The notes under the pieces: model-generated
Told to the model about the DNA's origin: nothing
What the model saw: the letters and a program-made list of their open reading frames with translations, nothing else
Database searches by the model: none
Origin: Paramoeba atlantica
Lineage: Eukaryota; Protista; Discosea
NCBI GenBank assembly: GCA_977017575.1
Contig: CDRNVI010000144.1
Span: 248,001-312,000, forward strand
Length of the DNA stretch: 64,000 nucleotides
Direction of reading: 5' to 3'
Made by a program: the position numbers and the translations under genes
Shown here: positions 57,629-64,000 of the stretch, in pieces
How positions within the stretch are numbered: position 1 is the first letter of the stretch
Layout: each line of letters begins with the position of its first letter

Positions 57629-58785
57629 AAAAACCCCAAAACAAAAACAAGGCCCTCTGATTGATAGGGAGCAGTGCATTGGCCTTCTGAGCTGATAGTT
57701 CTTCACCCCAGGTGCTTTTTTTTTTTCTCTCACTCTTCCTCTCTGTTTCTCTGCTTTTTTTTGTTTTGGAAAAGAAAAAAAAAACAAGACAAATGAAAAC
57801 AAAAAAAAAAAGAGAGAGACACAGGAAAAGAGAAAAAAGAAAAAAAAAGGAGAAAAAAAGAGTCAGGAAAAAAATACCTCACCACACATACACTACACAA
57901 GCATCCCTCAAGATGAAGAAGACAACAAACACAAAAAAAAAGTGAAAAAAATAAAAAACCTTCAACAAAAAACACAAAACACCCCCCCCCCCCCAAAAAA
58001 AAAAAACACCCACCTCTCTGCTCTCCCTCCACTCTTGTCCTCCTCCCTCTCTTCTGTGGATCTGGTTTCATCATCCACTCCACTCAATGCCAATCACGAT
58101 GTCATGTGGTTGAGTTGATGCCCAAAAACACACACACAAAACGTCTCATCTCGTGGATGCTTCTGGGTGACTTGTCAAAAAAAAATATTTTTTCTTTCTC
58201 TTTTTTTTTTTGTCAACAAACATCAACAAACTTCTCTTTCCTCTTTTTCAATCTTTTTCTCTTTCTCTCTTCTCTCTTGTCCTCGTTTCTCTTTTTTTTT
58301 TTCAAAGGAATTTTGGTGATGGTGAAAAGATAAAAAAAAAAGAAATTAACCACCCCCTCAAAGCCAAAAGAAAAACAAAAACAAAAAACAAAACAAAAAG
58401 ATAAAATAATAAAAAAAAGGAAACAAAAAACAAAAAAGGAACAAAAAAGGAACAAAAAACAAAAAGAAGAAAAAAAAAACAAAAGAAAAACCTTCTTTTT
58501 TTGAAGAAAAAGGTTCAAAAATGGAAAACACAGATGCACGTGAATCCTCTTTGGGAGATAAGACACCAAAAAGAATGTTTTTCTCTTTCTTCTCCTTCTC
58601 GCTTCTCCTCTTTTGTGTGTTGTTTTTGTTCACTCTTCTCCTCTTTCGTCTCTCTCTCTTTTTCTTCCACACTTCACAAAAAAAAAAACCAACAAAAAAA
58701 ACAGGAATTGTGTTTTTTTGGAACGCTAAAAAATAGAAAGCTTCTTCTTTTTTTCTTTCCATTTCCTTTTTCTTAATTTGGATAA

Positions 58786-59586
<801 letters not shown>

Positions 59587-59832
59587 AAGAAATAAAAGAT
59601 ATCTATTTATTTAACGACTTATTTATTGGAAAAAATGAATCAGTTTTTTTTTGAGAATTGCTGAGAGAGAAAGAGAGGAGAAAGGACAGGGAGAACAGGG
59701 AGAACAGGGAGAACAGAGAGGGAGAACAGAGAGAGAGAGGGAGGTGAGGAGGTTATCTTCTTTTCCAGAAAAAAAAGGGGATGATTCAAAATTTATCATT
59801 TTGTTAAAAGAAGAAAAAAAAGAAGAGAAAGT

Positions 59833-59950
59833 GTCTTCGGTCATACCCAGTTGAAAGCACCCGATCCCATCAGAACTCGGAAGTTAAGCAGCTGTGGGCT
59901 CGGTTAGTAGAATGGTGGGTGACCACATTCGAATCCCGAGTGCTGAAGAC
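59833..59950 (+). rRNA. rrn5: 5S rRNA gene, copy 2 (118 nt, canonical length)
   Basis: Identical to copy 1 except it lacks the TCG insertion; the same ~28-bp upstream flank; oligo-T terminator. Confidence 0.95.
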
Positions 59951-60276
59951 CTTCTCTTTTTTTCTTTTTTTTCTTTCTTTTTTTCTTTTCTTTTTTCTTT
60001 TTTTCTTTTCTCAATTTTCTTCCCCACCAACCTTCTTTTTCTCTGTCTTGATGGTTCGTTCCTGGATCTTTTTTTTTTCTTTTTTCTTCTTTTTTTCTTT
60101 CCCTTTTTTTTTTTTTTTTCATTTTCTTGCTCCTCCATAATTAAAGCTCTATTTTCCCCCCCCCCCCTTCCTCCCTCATTCTCCTTTTCTCAAAAATTTG
60201 TTTTTTTTTCCTTCCCCACAGGGTTCATTTTGTTTTTCATCCCTTTTGTGATTGGGTATATTTTTGTGATCATATA

Positions 60277-60327
60277 TTCATACTCTCTGAGTCCGAATTT
60301 TCAAATTAGCATCCAGAGAGTATGAAA
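60277..60327. repeat. Dispersed hairpin element, copy 7
   Basis: ttcatactctctgag-tccgaattttcaaattagca-tccagagagtatgaa. Confidence 0.85.
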
Positions 60328-60502
60328 CAAATCCAAAAGAAAAAACAAAAAAAAAACTATTATCTCTCTTTTTTTCCAGATGAAATCTTCCCAATCCCCA
60401 TTGGAACAAAAGAATCACAAGCAACAAACCTCCCTCCTCTTGAGACTCCGAGAGAAGAGAGAGAGAAGGACACAAAAAAAATGGAAAATATTTTTCAGAA
60501 AT

Positions 60503-60575
60503 GCACTAGTGGCGCAATTGGTAGCGCATCGGCCTTCTGAGCTGGTGGTTGTGGGTTCGAGTCCCTCCTGGTGCT
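60503..60575 (+). tRNA. trnR: tRNA-Arg(TCT), atypical
   Basis: GCACTAG/CTGGTGC acceptor, loop CTTCTGA, TTCGAGT, oligo-T terminator; T:T mismatch in the T stem, G at position 37. Confidence 0.85.
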
Positions 60576-61223
60576 TTTTTTTTTCTTTCTTCTCTCACCC
60601 TTTCTCTTTTTTCTTTCTCTCACCTTTTTCTCTTTTTTTTCTTCACTTTTCTCTCTTTTTTCTTTCTCTACTCTCTTTTTTTTTCTTTCTTTCACTCTTT
60701 CTCTCTTTTTTTCTCTCCCTCTCTCTTTTTTTATCTTCTTCTTCTTTTCCTTCCAAATTCCCTTTTCTTTTCTCTCTCTTTTTTGTTTTTCAAAGAGAAA
60801 AGGGGAAAAAAAGGAAAAAGGAAAAAAAAAAGAAAAAAAAGAAGGAAAAAAAAGAAAAAAAGGGAAAAAATAAGAAAAAAAAGGAAAGAAGGAAAAAATG
60901 AAAAAAATGAAAAAAATGAAAAAAATGAAAAAAAAAAAAAGACCTCTTGGTTTGAGCCCCAAGATCACACAACACACCCACCGAGACGGATCCCCTGAAA
61001 AGAAAGGTGCCACAACCTGAGACAGGGAACAACAGCATGAATTGTTTTGGAAAAAGGAGAATGAGAGAAAAAAAAAGGAGGGGACAACTTGAGAAGAGAA
61101 AAGAGTGGGGGGAAATGGGGAAAAAAAGGGAGAAACAAGAAAGAGAGAGAAACGAAAAAAAAAAAAACCAAAAGCAGTTTATTGAGTTTACAAAAAGCAT
61201 CTTCCACGGTTTTCGATGTCCTG

Positions 61224-61545
61224 AAAAATTAAGGGATCTAAAGCAGCGGTTCAACCGCTTTTTTTGTTTTGGTGAGCAGCAGCACAGGTGACAGAAGAGA
61301 GAGAAGAGAGAAAGAAGAAAGAGAAGAAAGAGAGAGAGAGAGAGGAAAGGGAGGGAAGAGAAGAAAGAGAAGAAAGAGAAGAAAGAGAAGAAAGAGAAGA
61401 AAGAGAAGAAAGAGAAGAGAAGAGAGGAAGAGAGGAAAGAGAAGAAAGAGAAGAGAAGAGAGGAAGAGAGGAAAGAGAAGAGAGAAAGAGAAGAAACTTT
61501 CTTGGAGAAAGGAACTTTGTGTTTGAATCTCTTTTTCCTTTGGTT
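61224..61545 (+). repeat. Dispersed repeat with AGCGGTT-C-AACCGCT palindrome, copy B
   Basis: Matches 39388-39570 with a longer GA tract. Confidence 0.7.
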
Positions 61546-61775
61546 TCTTTTTTTTTTTACCCTTTTTCCTTCTTTTTTTTTCTTTTTTTCCCCCTGTTTT
61601 CCTTTTTTTTCTTTTCTGTTTCTCTCCTTTTTTTCTTTTCTGCTCTTTGATTTCTTTTTATTGCTGTTTTCGCCAAAAGTTGAATTTAGTTGGTAAACAA
61701 CAATAAATTTCTTTTTAAAAGAAATTTTCTGTTTCTTAATCCTTTGTGCGGCGAGTGATGGGTTGAGAAAAAAAT

Positions 61776-64000
61776 GTGAACAAGGCTGATGATTTTAGAC
61801 AGCAGTGAGATTGAATAATACACAATGTGTGATGTGGATCTACCAAGATTACTTTCTTGACTCAAAGTTTAGTGGAAAAAGGAGGTTGGTTGAGTTGAAG
61901 TTGTGGCAGTGGCTGCTCAACATAGAAGTCTTCCTCATCATTGGTTCATTGGCAACAGGATAACTGGGATGAGGAAGGCAATACTGCTTTGGGGGGGGGG
62001 GTTCTTGGAAGAAGGTCTTCATACGATTACTGGGTGGTCGAGATGCAACTGGGCAGTTGAGATAAAGAAGATCCTGAATATATGCTTAAGGAAATGATTC
62101 TCTTGGAGGTTTTTATTCAATTTTTGGTCTGAATGAAGAGACAAATGCCAAACAACAATATCTTATTAGGATATTTTGTGTTCGTTTCCGTTCGGTTCCT
62201 TGTTTGCACGTTTCTGGTTTGACCAAGAGAATCGAAAGAGTTTTGTTTTCGAAGCTGCAAAGGATTTCCGTATTTACACCTCTCCCCCCTTTTTGAAAAA
62301 TCAAGTGTCCTCACTTGGCCAACTCTTCTTGAATTGTTTGTTCGAGTCTGACTGTCAAGGATAGCAAAATAGCAAAATAGCAAAGATAGCAAGGGAAAAA
62401 CCACACGAGTGGAAAGCCCTTGGTTCGAGGGAAAACCAGGACAAACACAGCGCAAAAAACCATCAGGCGTGAAAGTAGAAAAAAAAAATTCGATCTCCTT
62501 TCGCAGTTCCGGAAGATTAGTCTCTTTATCCCTTCATTTCGAGGTAATTTTCTAATTCATTCCCATGTGAATCTTTCACATCTTCTTCGTACATCCAACG
62601 TTTTTGAATTCTTCCTCTGCCAGTAGGGCCAACAACAAGATATTGATTATATCCATCGTATATTCTTTCTTGGATAATTTGGGTGTCAAATCCCTTATTT
62701 TCTTGTCCAAGGTTTGAATTTGTGGATTGTGTTAATTTTCGTCTTTTTCTGAATTCTCTCAGGAGAATGGTCTCGCGGAGGATTTTATGAATTTCTCTCC
62801 TTGCATTCTCTTTTTCTAAGAGGTAATCTTTCAGAAGTTCAGAGTCTTTTAATTGTTCATGTAAAAACCATTCATATCTTATTTTTCCTGCTGCAGTGGT
62901 GATCTGAACATGATATTTTTTCGGTTGTCCAGAATCATTCTCACTCAGGATTTTGTATTGAAGACTTCAGACGTCCTTTCCCAGGTTCCAACTGGAGGGT
63001 CTCTTCTGATTGTTCCATGGGCTCTAAAGTTATCCATTCAACTGTTTTCAATTCACCAATTTCCCCACAGGTTCTGGAAGAACCGCGGAAATTTGAGAAT
63101 TGTCTTTATTTTTCTGCAAAAAGGGAAAGTCAATGTTTGCCCATGCAACAATTTTCGGAATTCGATTTTTCCTTTATCAAAGTCAAGGACAGCTCCAATC
63201 TTTGAAAGAAATGGAGTTCCAAAAATAATGCTGGAAGAGAGCTCATTTAAGATTGTGAACCCAGTGTCTCCTCCTTTCCCCAGCAGCAATGTCGATTTCA
63301 AGGAGAACTTCCTCCCTTGGTTTGACACTTGTTTTGTTTGCCATAGTGACCTTGCTGCCTTGATATGGTCTTCTCATTCTTGGTACAATGTTTTTAATGA
63401 GCTTTTCTCGACACCACATCAATTCCAGCACCAGAATCACAAAGTGCTTGTATGCATTTTTGATCAACAGTACAAGGGGTGTATGGTTAACACAATTGTT
63501 ATTTATTTGACTCAGTTTCGGAAATACTTCTCTCGTCAAGATCTTCTTGTCAAATATAACAAATCCTTTGTCAGTCAGATTAACCAAAGTGTGATTTGTA
63601 TCCTGTTTCCAAGATCTCTTAGTATTTTTCAGATTTGTCAAATTGTAAAGAAGTCAAACCTTGCCAGTATTTTTGTGCCCTCTTCAGGTGTTAGTGTTCC
63701 ACCTTCCATTGCATCAAAAAGTTCGGAAGCTCTTTCAATTAGTTTCCAGAACTTCTTTTGAGGTTCTTTCCGTCTTTGGGAGTCAGTTTTCATGGGGGGG
63801 GGTTCTGGTCTCCCCGTGTAGCCATTTTTGATAATCCATTGTCTCAGGGTACTCCTTTTGGATTGCTTTGGAATATTGTTCCATTGCTCTCCTCCAGGGG
63901 GGTCCTTACCGAAAATGGCATTTGACAATTGCGAACCCTTATGAATTTCGCAGTGTTCAACCAGAAACACTGGCGACTTCCATGGTCTGTAAAGCCGCAA
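61776..64000 (-). mobile_element. Ty3/gypsy-like LTR element, 3-prime part (gag-like, protease, two chromodomain-like repeats, PPT, 3-prime LTR); runs off the window; LTR end uncertain
   Basis: ALCDSGAGIDVVS (DSG at 63430-38) and IIFGTPFLSKIGAVLDFDKGKIEF retropepsin motifs; polypurine tract AAAAAGGGGGAGAGG (62279-94) followed directly by TGTAAATA at 62278. Confidence 0.8.
62526..62966 (-). pseudogene. 146-codon open frame (absent from the ORF track, no start codon) with two chromodomain-like repeats
   Basis: KILSENDSGQPKKYHVQ..EWFLHEQLKDSELLKDYL and IIQERIYDGYNQYLVV..RWMYEEDV..LENYL follow the chromodomain I-x3-R-x3-G-x2-YLV ... W-x2-E-x2-L pattern. Confidence 0.6.

Noticed and set aside
62910-63761. 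283-aa plus-strand ORF
   Set aside because: Antisense to recognisable retropepsin and gag-like frames; no motif of its own.

Overview
AT-rich eukaryotic (protist) nuclear DNA. The 2.1-kb 18S suggests an amoebozoan, possibly Paramoeba-like, but this is unverified. Most ORFs in the supplied track are artefacts of strand-asymmetric purine/pyrimidine low-complexity tracts. Host genes: two 3-unit polyubiquitin genes, a PB1-domain/coiled-coil gene, two 5S rRNA genes, five tRNA genes, and one complete solitary 18S-5.8S-28S unit on the minus strand with four co-oriented tRNAs immediately downstream. Repeats and mobile elements: an 8.6-kb array of about 45 near-identical 193-bp units sits inside a ~16-kb CpG-free transposon graveyard. 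The elements are a CRE-type restriction-like-endonuclease (RLE) retrotransposon abutting a 5S terminator, a compact 1.2-kb IS5/Harbinger-superfamily element, an L1-like retrotransposon, a full-length piggyBac-like relic plus a fragment, and, at the right edge, an LTR element with protease and two chromodomain-like repeats but no RT/integrase. Unexplained structure includes a ~48-bp hairpin with a directional spacer in seven dispersed copies and several phased palindromic arrays upstream of genes. All calls were made by eye; no database searches were run.
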